A stretch of DNA of 50,622 nucleotides from Candidatus Opitulatrix roisinitermitis (GTDB lineage: Bacteria; Actinomycetota; Actinomycetes; Actinomycetales; Bifidobacteriaceae). The DNA lies in assembly GCA_031288055.1 (NCBI GenBank), contig JAITSD010000014.1, positions 1 to 50,622 of the forward strand, read 5' to 3'. The notes under the pieces are model-generated. The model saw nothing but the letters and a program-made list of their open reading frames with translations. It was not told where the DNA came from and made no database searches. The position numbers and the translations under genes are program-made. Below, in pieces: positions 26,869 through 36,683 of the stretch (the stretch's first letter is position 1; the number at the start of each line of letters is the position of its first letter).

Positions 26869-27630
26869 TTAATTTTTGACGTAATTGCCGCTGCTGATAC
26901 TTAAATAATCTTCTAATGGCTTGTCGCTTTTAAAAACTTCTGTGGCTAAAGCTTGTCCTAAATATCTTAGATGCCAAGGTTCGCCTTTATAACCAGTTAT
27001 GTTTTGCCATTGATCTCGATAGCGAATAATAAAACCGAAATTATGAGCATTTTGTGCTACCCAATCATTATAATAATCATAAGTTTTGTCATCGCCTCTA
27101 TACAAAGTTTCGTCAGTGACTCTTAAATCAAAAGCCAATCCAGTTTGATGCTCAGAGTAGCCAGGTCGGGCGGAAAAATCGTCAGCAAATTGTTTGCCGT
27201 TTTCAGCCATATATTCATCATAAACCCCCATTTGATATTCATAATTTCTAAAACCGCTATAATCGGAAACTAGATGTGAAGCATATTTGTCGTTAGATTT
27301 TTGACCGGCTTCAATTAATTCTTTTAAATGTGCAGCAGCTTCAGGATTTTCACCAGGATTATAATCTTTTGGTAGAGGATGTTTTTTATCAGCAATTATC
27401 ACGCCATTTATAGAGAAGGGTTGTTTTATGGTTTCAGGAGTTTCAGGAGTTTCACCTAAAAATTGGGGTTTGTCTTTAATATATTGGTTATGACCAGATT
27501 CAATATTATTAATTTGATTTTGTAGGTGGTAAATTTCTTGATAACTATTATAATTTAAAAAAGCTAAAAGGCCAGTAGCAATTACTAGAATTAATGCCAG
27601 ACCGATAAATAGGAGTTTTTTAATTTTCAT
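26869..27630 (-). CDS. D-alanyl-D-alanine carboxypeptidase, VanY/peptidase M15B family, N-terminally anchored
   Basis: SEHQTGLAFD and EPWHLRY zinc/active-site motifs; N-terminal TM segment; short ETPETPET repeat. TGaTAATAT lies 6 nt upstream of the ATG. Confidence 0.8.
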   Translation of the reverse strand: MKIKKLLFIGLALILVIATGLLAFLNYNSYQEIYHLQNQINNIESGHNQYIKDKPQFLGETPETPETIKQPFSINGVIIADKKHPLPKDYNPGENPEAAAHLKELIEAGQKSNDKYASHLVSDYSGFRNYEYQMGVYDEYMAENGKQFADDFSARPGYSEHQTGLAFDLRVTDETLYRGDDKTYDYYNDWVAQNAHNFGFIIRYRDQWQNITGYKGEPWHLRYLGQALATEVFKSDKPLEDYLSISSGNYVKN

Positions 27631-27636
27631 ATAATA

Positions 27637-27645
27637 ATATTATCA
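27637..27645 (-). promoter_or_regulatory. Extended -10 promoter (TGaTAATAT) 6 nt from the VanY-like ATG; predicted leaderless
   Basis: The minus strand reads agTGaTAATATtattatATG. Confidence 0.45.
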
Positions 27646-27653
27646 CTTTTTAT

Positions 27654-27662
27654 TGCTATATT
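27654..27662 (+). promoter_or_regulatory. Extended -10 promoter (TGcTATATT) 6 nt from ATG 27669; predicted leaderless
   Basis: TG 27654-27655, TATATT 27657-27662, spacer taaagt. Confidence 0.45.
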
Positions 27663-27668
27663 TAAAGT

Positions 27669-28316
27669 ATGTATATAAAATCTAAACCGTTCATTATAGG
27701 TTACAGAATCGTAATTAGCTTACTGTGTGCTGCTGGTATAATTTTAAATTATTTTCAATATTCTAATAATGTTTTTAACTTATTATCTTATTTTACTATT
27801 TTGAGTAATATATTTGTGTTAATTTATATAATTTGGGCATTATATAACACAATTAATAAAGGTGTGGAATTTGAAGAAAAATTGTTTATTAAAGGGGCTG
27901 TATTATTATATATTATGATAACTTTTTTGATTTTCTTTTTAGTTTTAAGGCCAACTATGGTTGATAGTAGTGATATTAAATATTTATCCTCGCCGGCTAA
28001 TGCTTTAGCTCATTATGTTACGCCATGGTTGTTTTTCTTTGATTATTTACTTTTTTCCAGAAAGGGTTTATGGCATAAATTATATCCAATTAAGTGGATG
28101 GCTTTTCCATTAATTTATTTTGCTTTTTGTATAATTAGGGCACAGTTTTTATTTTTTGATAGCGGTTTGCGTTATCCATATTTTTTTATGGATTTTAATT
28201 CTCAGCCTCTATCACAAGTTTTAACTAATGTTGTAGTTATGATTATTGAATTTATAGTTTTGGGCTATGTATTTTACGCCCTTGATTATTTTTTAGGCAA
28301 ATTTACTAAGCGATAG
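27669..28316 (+). CDS. Pr6Pr-family (FAR-17a/AIG1-like) integral membrane protein
   Basis: Six hydrophobic segments. SYFTILSN and RYPYFFMDF resemble family-conserved motifs recalled from memory. TGcTATATT lies 6 nt upstream of the ATG. Confidence 0.6.
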   Translation: MYIKSKPFIIGYRIVISLLCAAGIILNYFQYSNNVFNLLSYFTILSNIFVLIYIIWALYNTINKGVEFEEKLFIKGAVLLYIMITFLIFFLVLRPTMVDSSDIKYLSSPANALAHYVTPWLFFFDYLLFSRKGLWHKLYPIKWMAFPLIYFAFCIIRAQFLFFDSGLRYPYFFMDFNSQPLSQVLTNVVVMIIEFIVLGYVFYALDYFLGKFTKR

Positions 28317-28453
28317 ATATAATAAAAAATATAAATACACTAAAAAGCATAGACATAATAAAAAATAAACTATAGAAAATTAAAATAAAGTTAAATTAGA
28401 AAAAAAATTTAATTAATTAGTAAAAAAGTTATTTTATAGCTAATAAATAAAAC

Positions 28454-28462
28454 TGCTATAAT
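28454..28462 (+). promoter_or_regulatory. Extended -10 promoter (TGcTATAAT) 6 nt from ATG 28469; predicted leaderless
   Basis: TG 28454-28455, TATAAT 28457-28462, spacer ttaaat. Confidence 0.5.
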
Positions 28463-28468
28463 TTAAAT

Positions 28469-28660
28469 ATGCCTTTTTTAGAAATAATCACCATTGTAAC
28501 TGTTTTATCAGCGGTTGTTATTTCGGCTATAATTGGTTTTTTGTGTTTTCGAACAGCTTTAGCCCTTTTGAAAGACCCTCAAGAAGAAGCCTTACGAAAA
28601 ATTAAGCCCTTCGGACTTTTTCAGAAACCTCGCCAAACACAATCCAGAAAAGCTAAGTAA
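28469..28660 (+). CDS. Small single-TM protein with basic C-terminal tail
   Basis: 63-aa ORF with one clear TM (IITIVTVLSAVVISAIIGFLCF). TGcTATAAT lies 6 nt upstream of the ATG. Its stop is 2 nt from the next gene. Confidence 0.5.
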   Translation: MPFLEIITIVTVLSAVVISAIIGFLCFRTALALLKDPQEEALRKIKPFGLFQKPRQTQSRKAK

Positions 28661-28662
28661 TA

Positions 28663-29217
28663 GTGGTTTTCACAATTCCAGAAAGCTTATCTAAAAAACT
28701 TTATCCTGTTAGTTGGCTTTTAGGTGCTTGGCAAGGCAAAGGTGTTTTAGCCGAAGATTCAAAAGATTATAAGGAATTTGATATAGCTATGGATTTTAGT
28801 GACAATAAGCAGAATTTAAAATATAATGCTAAAATTATTTATCAAACAAAAACTTTTTTATCTGAAAAAGGTTTTTTAGAAGTTTTAGGCTCTTTAGATA
28901 ATAGAGATATTTTACCAGATGAATTAAAAACTGATAAAACAACGCCGTTTTGGAAATTAACTTGGAAACTTAATAATAGTCATAATTATAAAACTAATTA
29001 TTTAGGTTGGGTTAGTAATGGTCGTATGGAGTTTAATTCTGAATCAATTCTGAATTCAAATAAACTTACAGATGTTTTAGCATCTAAAAGAATGATAGGT
29101 TACATAAAGGGCGATCTATATTATGCTTGGGATTTAGCCACCAAACCAAAAATACAAACAACGGATAAAACTAAATTGAAAAGTTATATTAGTGCCGTTT
29201 TAAATAAAAAAGATTAA
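28663..29217 (+). CDS. Nitrobindin/FABP-like beta-barrel family protein (DUF1794, Rv2717c-like)
   Basis: The N-terminal LYPVSWLLGAWQGKG matches the family L.PL..LLG.W.G.G signature. The size is about right. GTG start. Confidence 0.6.
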   Translation: MVFTIPESLSKKLYPVSWLLGAWQGKGVLAEDSKDYKEFDIAMDFSDNKQNLKYNAKIIYQTKTFLSEKGFLEVLGSLDNRDILPDELKTDKTTPFWKLTWKLNNSHNYKTNYLGWVSNGRMEFNSESILNSNKLTDVLASKRMIGYIKGDLYYAWDLATKPKIQTTDKTKLKSYISAVLNKKD

Positions 29218-29315
29218 ATTAGTCTATAATGTATTTAGACATAAAAATGTGATTTTTATCGCAAAAAGGAATAATTAAATACAGCAAATGAAATGTTGAA
29301 CCAAAAGGAGAAAAA

Positions 29316-31979
29316 ATGACTAAAAAGTTTGTTTATAAGTTTTCAGAGGGTAATGCTAGTATGCGTAATTTATTGGGGGGTAAAGGAGCTAATTTAGCTG
29401 AAATGACAGTTTTAGAACTGCCGGTCCCTAGAGGTTTCACTGTTACTACTGAAGCCTGTACAAAATATTATGATGATGAAAAAACTATAGATCCAGACAT
29501 AAAATCTGAAATATTTAATAATTTAAAAGATCTGGAAAAAACCACTAAAAAAACTCTTGGTTCAGTTGAAAACCCGTTGTTAGTTTCTGTTAGATCTGGT
29601 GCTAGGGCTTCTATGCCGGGCATGATGGATACTATTTTAAATCTAGGTTTAAATGATGAAGTTGTTAAATCATTTGCCAAATTAACTAATAATCCTCGAT
29701 TTGCTTATGATTCTTATCGTCGTTTTATTCAGATGTTTTCAGATGTGGTGGTGGAATTAGATAAGGCTAGGTTTGAAGAAATTATTGATCAAATGAAAGA
29801 GTCAAGAAAAATTAAATTAGATACTGAATTTACAGCTGAAGATTTGCAGGAAATGATTAAAAAGTTTAAAGCTTTTTTTAAAGAAATTAAAGGTTATGAT
29901 TTTCCACAAGACCCTAAAGAGCAGTTAATTCAAGCTGTGGAAGCAGTTTTTAGATCGTGGGATAATCCTAGAGCTAATGTTTATCGCAAAATGAATGAAA
30001 TACCTTATTCTTGGGGCACTGCAGTTAATGTTCAAGAGATGGTTTTTGGTAATATGGGTGATGATTCTGGTACAGGTGTGGCTTTTACTAGAAGTCCATC
30101 GACGGGTGAGGACAAATTATTTGGCGAGTTTTTAATAAATGCTCAAGGCGAGGATGTGGTGGCGGGCATTCGTACACCTATGCATATTGATAAATTAGCT
30201 GAAGTTATGCCGGCTGTTTATAAAGAGTTTACCAATATCGCTCAAAGACTAGAAAAGCACTACCACGATATGCAAGATATGGAGTTTACTATTGAAAAAG
30301 GTAAACTTTTTATGTTACAAACTCGTAATGGTAAAAGAACAGCCAATGCGGCTTTGAGAATTGCTGTGGAGATGGTTAAAGAAAATATGATAACTCAAAA
30401 ACAAGCTTTATTATCAATTGATCCTAAACAGCTTGACAGTCTTTTACATCCGCGATTTGACGATGCTAAGATTGCTAATATAAAACCTTTAGGTTCTGGC
30501 TTGCCAGCTTCTCCAGGTGCTGCCACAGGTCAGGTGGTATTTAATGCTAATGATGCTGTGAAGTGGAAAGAGGCTGGTAAAAAAATTATTTTAGTGCGGT
30601 TAGAAACTTCACCAGAGGATATTGAAGGTATGAACGCTGCTCAAGGTATTTTAACTGTTAGAGGCGGTATGACATCTCATGCGGCTGTGGTGGCTAGAGG
30701 TATGGGTGTTTGTTGCGTGGCCGGAGCAGGTGAAATAAAAATGGATGAAGTTGGTAAAAACTTTGAGCTAGGTGGCCTAAATATTAAAGAGGGTGATTGG
30801 ATTTCACTAGATGGTTCCACAGGTAATATTTACAAAGATAAGTTGCCGACTCAAAAAGCCAGTTTATCTGGTGATTTAGCTAAAGTTATGCGTTGGGCTG
30901 ATAATTATAGAGAGTTATCAGTTCGAGCCAATGCTGAAACTGTGCCAGATGCTCGTCAGGCTTTAGAGTTTGGGGCTGAGGGTATAGGACTTTGCCGCAC
31001 AGAACATATGTTTTTTGGAGCAGATCGTATTAAAACTATGCGTGAAATGATTATTGCCTCAAGTCTTGAGGAAAGGCAAATAGCTTTGGATAAATTATTA
31101 CCTTTACAAAGAGGCGATTTTGAAGAGTTGTTTACTATTATGGAGGGTAGAAGTGTCACAATTAGACTTCTAGATCCGCCATTACATGAGTTTTTGCCTC
31201 ATGATAAAGAGGGCATGGAGATTTTGGCTGGTGATTTAAAAATGCCTTATAAAGATGTGGCAGATAGAATTAGTTCCCTAAAAGAAATTAATCCAATGAT
31301 GGGCTTCAGGGGTTGTCGTTTGTCGGTCAAATATCCTGAAATTACTCGTATGCAGATAAGGGCTATTATTGAAGCGGCTTTAAATCTACAAGCTAAAAAA
31401 ATAACAGTTGTGCCTGAAATTATGATTCCTTTAATTGGTTCTAAAAAAGAGCTAGATTATGTTAAAGACTTAGTTATTACGCAGGCTAACGAAACTATTA
31501 TGGAACGCAAAACTAAACTAAATTATTTTGTTGGTTCTATGATAGAAATACCTAAAGCTTGTGTAATTGCAGACGAATTAGCTGAACAAGCTGAGTTTTT
31601 TTCGTTTGGTACAAACGATTTAACCCAATTAGGTTTTGGTTTTTCGCGTGATGATGCTGCTATGTTTTTAGAGTCATATTATGATAAAAAAATATTTGAA
31701 TCAGATCCATTTGAAAAATTAGATCAAGAAGGTATTGGTCCTTTAGTACAAATGGCAGTTGATAAAGCTAAGCAGACTAAAAAAGATATTAAGTTAGGTA
31801 TATGCGGTGAACACGGCGGTGATCCATCATCAATTGAGTTTTTTCACTTAGCTGGTTTGGACTATGTGTCCTGTTCGCCTTTTCGTGTGCCAGTGGCTCG
31901 TTTGGCTGCTGCTCAGAGTGCTTTAAGAAATCCGCGAAATAAATTTGTGGAAAGTTTAATTGAAGCTGGAAATATTTAA
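29316..31979 (+). CDS. ppdK: Pyruvate, phosphate dikinase
   Basis: 887 aa. Phosphohistidine region GGMTSHAAVVARGMG, PEP-utilising C-terminal motifs (GLCRTEHMF, FFSFGTNDLTQ, GICGEHGGDP). AAGGAG Shine-Dalgarno. Confidence 0.95.
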   Translation: MTKKFVYKFSEGNASMRNLLGGKGANLAEMTVLELPVPRGFTVTTEACTKYYDDEKTIDPDIKSEIFNNLKDLEKTTKKTLGSVENPLLVSVRSGARASMPGMMDTILNLGLNDEVVKSFAKLTNNPRFAYDSYRRFIQMFSDVVVELDKARFEEIIDQMKESRKIKLDTEFTAEDLQEMIKKFKAFFKEIKGYDFPQDPKEQLIQAVEAVFRSWDNPRANVYRKMNEIPYSWGTAVNVQEMVFGNMGDDSGTGVAFTRSPSTGEDKLFGEFLINAQGEDVVAGIRTPMHIDKLAEVMPAVYKEFTNIAQRLEKHYHDMQDMEFTIEKGKLFMLQTRNGKRTANAALRIAVEMVKENMITQKQALLSIDPKQLDSLLHPRFDDAKIANIKPLGSGLPASPGAATGQVVFNANDAVKWKEAGKKIILVRLETSPEDIEGMNAAQGILTVRGGMTSHAAVVARGMGVCCVAGAGEIKMDEVGKNFELGGLNIKEGDWISLDGSTGNIYKDKLPTQKASLSGDLAKVMRWADNYRELSVRANAETVPDARQALEFGAEGIGLCRTEHMFFGADRIKTMREMIIASSLEERQIALDKLLPLQRGDFEELFTIMEGRSVTIRLLDPPLHEFLPHDKEGMEILAGDLKMPYKDVADRISSLKEINPMMGFRGCRLSVKYPEITRMQIRAIIEAALNLQAKKITVVPEIMIPLIGSKKELDYVKDLVITQANETIMERKTKLNYFVGSMIEIPKACVIADELAEQAEFFSFGTNDLTQLGFGFSRDDAAMFLESYYDKKIFESDPFEKLDQEGIGPLVQMAVDKAKQTKKDIKLGICGEHGGDPSSIEFFHLAGLDYVSCSPFRVPVARLAAAQSALRNPRNKFVESLIEAGNI

Positions 31980-32020
31980 AGTTTTTTAGTTTAAAAGTTG
32001 GTTGAAAGGATAATTTTTTA

Positions 32021-33031
32021 TTGCGAAAAATAGTTAGTGCTATATCTTTAATAGCGGTTGTTATAATTGTCTATTTAGCACGCTATCAACTATTAGAAGC
32101 ATTTTATCTATTTTGGCGAGTTAATATTTGGTGGTTAATTTGTCTTTTACCGTTGCAACTTTTAGTTTATTATTCTATGAGTGAAACAGGTATAAGTTAT
32201 TTAGAACAAAATCGGCAAATAAAACCAATTTCATGGTGGACAAAAATTAAAATTGCTTTAGAATTAAACTTTGTTAATCATATTTTACCTTCTGGCGGAG
32301 CGTCGGGTATAGGTTATGGTATATGGCGTTTAAAAACTGTTGGTGTGGAAAAAACACATAGTACGCTAGCTCAAATGATTAGATTAGTGGCTGGTTATGT
32401 GGCTTATGTGCCAGTTTTAATAATATGTGTTATTCTCTCAATAGTTAGTGAATCAAACCATTATATTTTGGAAACAATCGCTACAATAATTGTGGTTTTT
32501 TCTTTGGTTGGACTAATTTGGTTAGGTTTTATGTTAACTAAAAGAGATAGATTAACCATTATGGCAACAAATATTGTTAGATTTGTTAATTTATTTATTC
32601 GTCACATAACTTTTAAAAAAGTTAATCAGGCAATTTCTGAGATTAAATGGATTAAAACACTAGAGATTTTTGCTGATGATTATAATAAACTTTTTTCTGA
32701 AAAACAGTTACTTTTAAAACCGCTTATGTGGGGTCTATTTTGGATTATGGGCGATACTTTAATGTTTGAAATAACCTTTTTAGCCCTAGGACAGCCTATT
32801 GATTTAACAGCTATTTTTTTGGCTTATGGTTTTGCTGGTGTTAGTGGTTTTGTTTTTATGACACCAGGCGGAGCTGGAGCCTATGAAACAGCTTTTGTGT
32901 TTATTTTAGTTTGGTGCGGAATACAAGCTCCTTTAGCTACCACAGGTGTTATTTTAACCCGTACAATTTTAATGTTTTGCACTTTAGCCACAGGAGCTTA
33001 TTTTTATCATAAAGCTTTACGCAAAGCCTAA
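32021..33031 (+). CDS. Flippase-like / lysylphosphatidylglycerol-synthase-TM-region (UPF0104) family membrane protein
   Basis: About 8 TM segments. C-terminal TPGGAGAYE resembles the family PGG.G..E motif. TTG start with AAGGA upstream. Confidence 0.6.
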   Translation: MRKIVSAISLIAVVIIVYLARYQLLEAFYLFWRVNIWWLICLLPLQLLVYYSMSETGISYLEQNRQIKPISWWTKIKIALELNFVNHILPSGGASGIGYGIWRLKTVGVEKTHSTLAQMIRLVAGYVAYVPVLIICVILSIVSESNHYILETIATIIVVFSLVGLIWLGFMLTKRDRLTIMATNIVRFVNLFIRHITFKKVNQAISEIKWIKTLEIFADDYNKLFSEKQLLLKPLMWGLFWIMGDTLMFEITFLALGQPIDLTAIFLAYGFAGVSGFVFMTPGGAGAYETAFVFILVWCGIQAPLATTGVILTRTILMFCTLATGAYFYHKALRKA

Positions 33032-33066
33032 TTTTTTAGCTTCTGTCTAATGGTTTAAGGCCGTTG

Positions 33067-33075
33067 TGATAGAAT
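33067..33075 (+). promoter_or_regulatory. Extended -10 promoter (TGaTAGAAT) 6 nt from the GlfT2-like ATG; predicted leaderless
   Basis: TG 33067-33068, TAGAAT 33070-33075, spacer taaagt, ATG 33082. Confidence 0.45.
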
Positions 33076-33081
33076 TAAAGT

Positions 33082-34992
33082 ATGATTAAAAACTTCCCTT
33101 TATATAGAGTAGTTTTTCCAACAAAAAGTCGCATTGAATCAACTATTGATTGTATTCCTATTTATATAGAAAGTGAAATTAGTAAAGTAAGTAAATATGC
33201 TAAATATATAAAATCACGAACTCAAATTGAAATACCGCGGGGCGAAAATATTAGTTTTTGTTCCTATTTTAACGCTTTTCCAGCATCATATTGGAAAAAT
33301 AATACTAGTTTGGAAACAGTAACTTTAATTATGGAAGTTAAGGGTTTAGTTAATATTAGGATTTTAGCTACTGATGAATTTAATAATAAAAAAATTATAT
33401 CTGATCATAAAAAGGTATCTGAAGCATTTGAAATATCTATACCTTTAGATAATTTTGAAGCTGGTGGTTGGATTTGGTTTGAAATTGAAACTTTGACCAA
33501 AACTAATTTAGATAATATAATTTGGGCAGGTAATATACCAGATAATTTTGGTTTGGCTAAAGCTTCTATTGGTATTACTACTTTGAATAAACAGGAGTAT
33601 TGTTTAGCGCAATTAAAAAATTTGTTTGAAAATATTAATGAATTAGATAATATAAATAAAATCTATTTTGTGGATCAAGGTTCCAAGGATTTGGTTGATT
33701 ATAAAGGAATTAAAGACATATTGGTCAAGTTTAACAAAAAAGTAGAAATCATAAAGCAGTCTAATTTTGGAGGTTCAGGCGGTTTTTCTAGAGGTATGTT
33801 TGAAATAGTTAAAGCTGATAATTCTAAATATGCCATCTTGTTAGATGATGATACTTTTTTGGAAACAGAATCTTTACAAAGAATTATTAATTTTGCTAAT
33901 TTATGTCAAAGTCCAACAATTGTTGGTGGTCATATGTTTGCTATGAATGAGTCATCAACTATTCACGCTTTTGCAGAGGGTGTGAGGAGAGATGTTTTCA
34001 AATGGGGGCCTGTGGCAGGTACTGGTGAAGCCCATAACTTAGCTATGCCACAAAACTTTTTGAGCAATTCAGAGTGGATGCATAAATATTATAGTGTTGA
34101 TTATAACGGTTGGTGGATGTGTTTAATTCCTGTGGAGGTAATTAAAGAAATTGGTTTAGCTGTGCCAATGTTTATAAAATGGGACGATTCAGAATTTGGT
34201 TTAAGAGCAGCAGATTTTGGTTATAAAACAGTTTCTTTGCCAGGTTGTGCGGTTTGGCACGAATCTTGGGTTGGTAAAGATGATACTATTGATTGGACAG
34301 CTTTTTATCACTGGCGTAACCGTTTTATAGTGGCTTTATTTTATTTAGGTCAAAAACAGGCTGGTAAATTTTTAATTAATACATATATTTGGTCAATAAC
34401 TCAGGCTGCAACTATGCGATATTCTGTGCCAGCCCAATATGTGGAAGCTATGGAGTTTTTGTATAATAATCCAGAAAATATGATTGACGATTTAGCTGAC
34501 CGAAAGTTAGCTATTGAAAAAATTAGAGCTCAATATATTGATACCGATTTAAAAGATTTAGCCAAATTTAATACACCAAGGTATAAAACTAATAATTCTC
34601 AGTTCAATGTTGGTAATATAACAAAAATTTCTAGTTTATTTTTTGGTTTATGTCACCAATTATTGCCAATTAAAAAAAGTTTAGATAATAAAGCAGATTA
34701 TTATATACCTCAAAGGCGAGCTTATTGGTGGCGGTTACCAAATTTGGATTCAGCTATTGTGGCATCAAATATATCAGGCAAAGCCTCTTTATTTATAAGA
34801 GATAGAAAGCAGTTTTTTGATTTTGTATTGAAATTAACTAAACTACATTTTCGTATTTATAAAGATTGGGGTAAATTGCATAAAAAATATATGAATGCTA
34901 GGTTGACTATGTCATCTTTTGATAGATGGTCTAAACTTTTTGACAAAACTAAGTCTAAAAAAATATTGGTTAATAAAAGAAATAACCCGTAA
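33082..34992 (+). CDS. GlfT2-like galactofuranosyltransferase (GT2)
   Basis: 636 aa (M. tuberculosis GlfT2 is about the same size). Collinear matches recalled from Rv3808c: NFGGSGGFSRGM, LLDDDTFLE, VDYNGWWMCLIP, FIKWDDSEFGLRA, AVWHESW. TGaTAGAAT lies 6 nt upstream of the ATG. Confidence 0.85.
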   Translation: MIKNFPLYRVVFPTKSRIESTIDCIPIYIESEISKVSKYAKYIKSRTQIEIPRGENISFCSYFNAFPASYWKNNTSLETVTLIMEVKGLVNIRILATDEFNNKKIISDHKKVSEAFEISIPLDNFEAGGWIWFEIETLTKTNLDNIIWAGNIPDNFGLAKASIGITTLNKQEYCLAQLKNLFENINELDNINKIYFVDQGSKDLVDYKGIKDILVKFNKKVEIIKQSNFGGSGGFSRGMFEIVKADNSKYAILLDDDTFLETESLQRIINFANLCQSPTIVGGHMFAMNESSTIHAFAEGVRRDVFKWGPVAGTGEAHNLAMPQNFLSNSEWMHKYYSVDYNGWWMCLIPVEVIKEIGLAVPMFIKWDDSEFGLRAADFGYKTVSLPGCAVWHESWVGKDDTIDWTAFYHWRNRFIVALFYLGQKQAGKFLINTYIWSITQAATMRYSVPAQYVEAMEFLYNNPENMIDDLADRKLAIEKIRAQYIDTDLKDLAKFNTPRYKTNNSQFNVGNITKISSLFFGLCHQLLPIKKSLDNKADYYIPQRRAYWWRLPNLDSAIVASNISGKASLFIRDRKQFFDFVLKLTKLHFRIYKDWGKLHKKYMNARLTMSSFDRWSKLFDKTKSKKILVNKRNNP

Positions 34993-34998
34993 TTTAAA

Positions 34999-35880
34999 AT
35001 GTCTAATAAGGTTGATAAATTGAGAGCGGGATTTTATCAGCCTGGTCGGTCTAAAGGTTTATTAGATTTATTTAAGCATTCCTATCTTTTATCACTTTTG
35101 CGGAAAAAAGAAGTTAAAGTTCGGTATCGTGGTTCTTTTTTGGGTCTTATTTGGACATATATAAAACCTTTGACCACTTTCTTTATTTATTATTATTTTG
35201 TTGGTCGTATTATGGGGGCTGATAGAGCTAATGAACACTACGCTATTTATCTTTTTTCTGGTTTAATTTCTATACAATTTTTTAATGAAACTTTTAGAAA
35301 TTGCACTAAATCAATTCGCGATAATGCAGCTTTGGTTAGAAAAATATATTTGCCAAGAGAACTTTTTCCAATCGCTACTTGGCGAGTAGCTATAACTCAT
35401 TTTTATCCCCAGTTATTTATTTTATTAGTAGCTTCAATTATTCAGGGATGGTATCCTGGATTTTTACATATTTTGGCAGTGCTTTTAGGTTTTATTTTGC
35501 TGTCTGGTTTGGCTATTGGTGCGGGTATGCTTTTTGCGGCTATGAATGTTTTTTATAGAGATGCGGAAAACTTAGTGGAATTAATTACCATGATTACTAC
35601 CTGGTTTTCGCCTATATTATATAAATGGAGTATGATTGAACAACATATGCCACTTTGGTTATTCAAGGTTTATATGTGTAATCCTTTAACTTGTGCAGCA
35701 GAATTATTTCATTATGCTTTTTGGTGGCCAACAAATATTGATTTTACTAATTATGGTTTATCTTTACCGCCGCATTTTGGCTTTGATATTTGCATTTCAA
35801 TAATAATTGTTATTTTAATGATGGTTATAGGACAATTAGCTTTTAGGAAATTTGAGGGTCGCTTCGCTCAAGAGTTATAG
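34999..35880 (+). CDS. ABC-2 type polysaccharide/polyol-phosphate export permease (Wzm/TagG-like)
   Basis: 293 aa, six TM segments. N-terminal LL..L..KE.KVRYRGSFLG..W signature typical of ABC-2 glycan exporters. Paired with the ATPase that follows. Confidence 0.8.
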   Translation: MSNKVDKLRAGFYQPGRSKGLLDLFKHSYLLSLLRKKEVKVRYRGSFLGLIWTYIKPLTTFFIYYYFVGRIMGADRANEHYAIYLFSGLISIQFFNETFRNCTKSIRDNAALVRKIYLPRELFPIATWRVAITHFYPQLFILLVASIIQGWYPGFLHILAVLLGFILLSGLAIGAGMLFAAMNVFYRDAENLVELITMITTWFSPILYKWSMIEQHMPLWLFKVYMCNPLTCAAELFHYAFWWPTNIDFTNYGLSLPPHFGFDICISIIIVILMMVIGQLAFRKFEGRFAQEL

Positions 35881-35895
35881 TGTTATGAGTTATTT

Positions 35896-36681
35896 ATGAA
35901 TAATAAATCTTTAAAAAATGGTAATAATAAAATAGATGCTAAAAACGCGGTAATTAAAATAGCCAATGTTGACAAATGGTTTAGGCTACATCATAATTAT
36001 TCTTTGAAAGATGCTTTTGTTAATTTATTTACTCATAAAAAAAGAGATAAAAGTTTATTTCATGCTTTATCAAATATTAATTTTAATATAAACTCAGGTG
36101 AAGCAATTGGTTTAGTGGGAATAAACGGATCAGGTAAATCAACTCTTTTAAAATGTATTTCTGGAGTCATTAAACCGGATAAAGGTAAAGTTTCAATTAA
36201 AGGTAGAATTGCTGGGTTAATTGAGGTTGGAGCAGGGTTTCATCCGGATTTAACCGGTAGAGAAAATATTTTTTTAAATGGAGCAATTTTGGGTATGACC
36301 AAAGAACAGATTATTCAAAAATTTGACGATATTGTAGAGTTTAGTGAAATACCACAATTTATTGATTCTGAGGTGAGGTTTTATTCATCGGGTATGTTTT
36401 TGAGATTGGCTTTTGCGGTAGCTATTCATTCAGATCCAGACATTTTTTTAATTGATGAGATTTTAGCTGTTGGTGATGCGAAGTTTAGAGAAAAGTGTTT
36501 AAATAGAATTAGTGAACTTTCTAAACAGGGCAAAACTATGGTGATTGTATCTCACGCAGAGCAACAAATCCGCCAACTTTGTCAGAGAGCGGTTTGGATA
36601 AATAAAGGTAAGGTTCAAATGGATGGGCCTGCTAATGAGGTACTTGATGCTATGAATAAGTTTACAGGTCTTAAAAAATAA
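35896..36681 (+). CDS. Polysaccharide/teichoic-acid export ABC ATP-binding protein (Wzt/TagH-like)
   Basis: Walker A GINGSGKST, GFHPDLTGRENI, signature YSSGMFLRLAFA, Walker B IFLIDEIL. Confidence 0.9.
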   Translation: MNNKSLKNGNNKIDAKNAVIKIANVDKWFRLHHNYSLKDAFVNLFTHKKRDKSLFHALSNINFNINSGEAIGLVGINGSGKSTLLKCISGVIKPDKGKVSIKGRIAGLIEVGAGFHPDLTGRENIFLNGAILGMTKEQIIQKFDDIVEFSEIPQFIDSEVRFYSSGMFLRLAFAVAIHSDPDIFLIDEILAVGDAKFREKCLNRISELSKQGKTMVIVSHAEQQIRQLCQRAVWINKGKVQMDGPANEVLDAMNKFTGLKK

Positions 36682-36683
36682 AT

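Noticed and set aside
3568-27630. ddl plus a VanY-like carboxypeptidase considered as a glycopeptide-resistance cluster
   Set aside because: The two genes are 22 kb apart. There is no vanH, vanX or vanRS. The Ddl looks like an ordinary housekeeping enzyme in the usual chromosomal setting.
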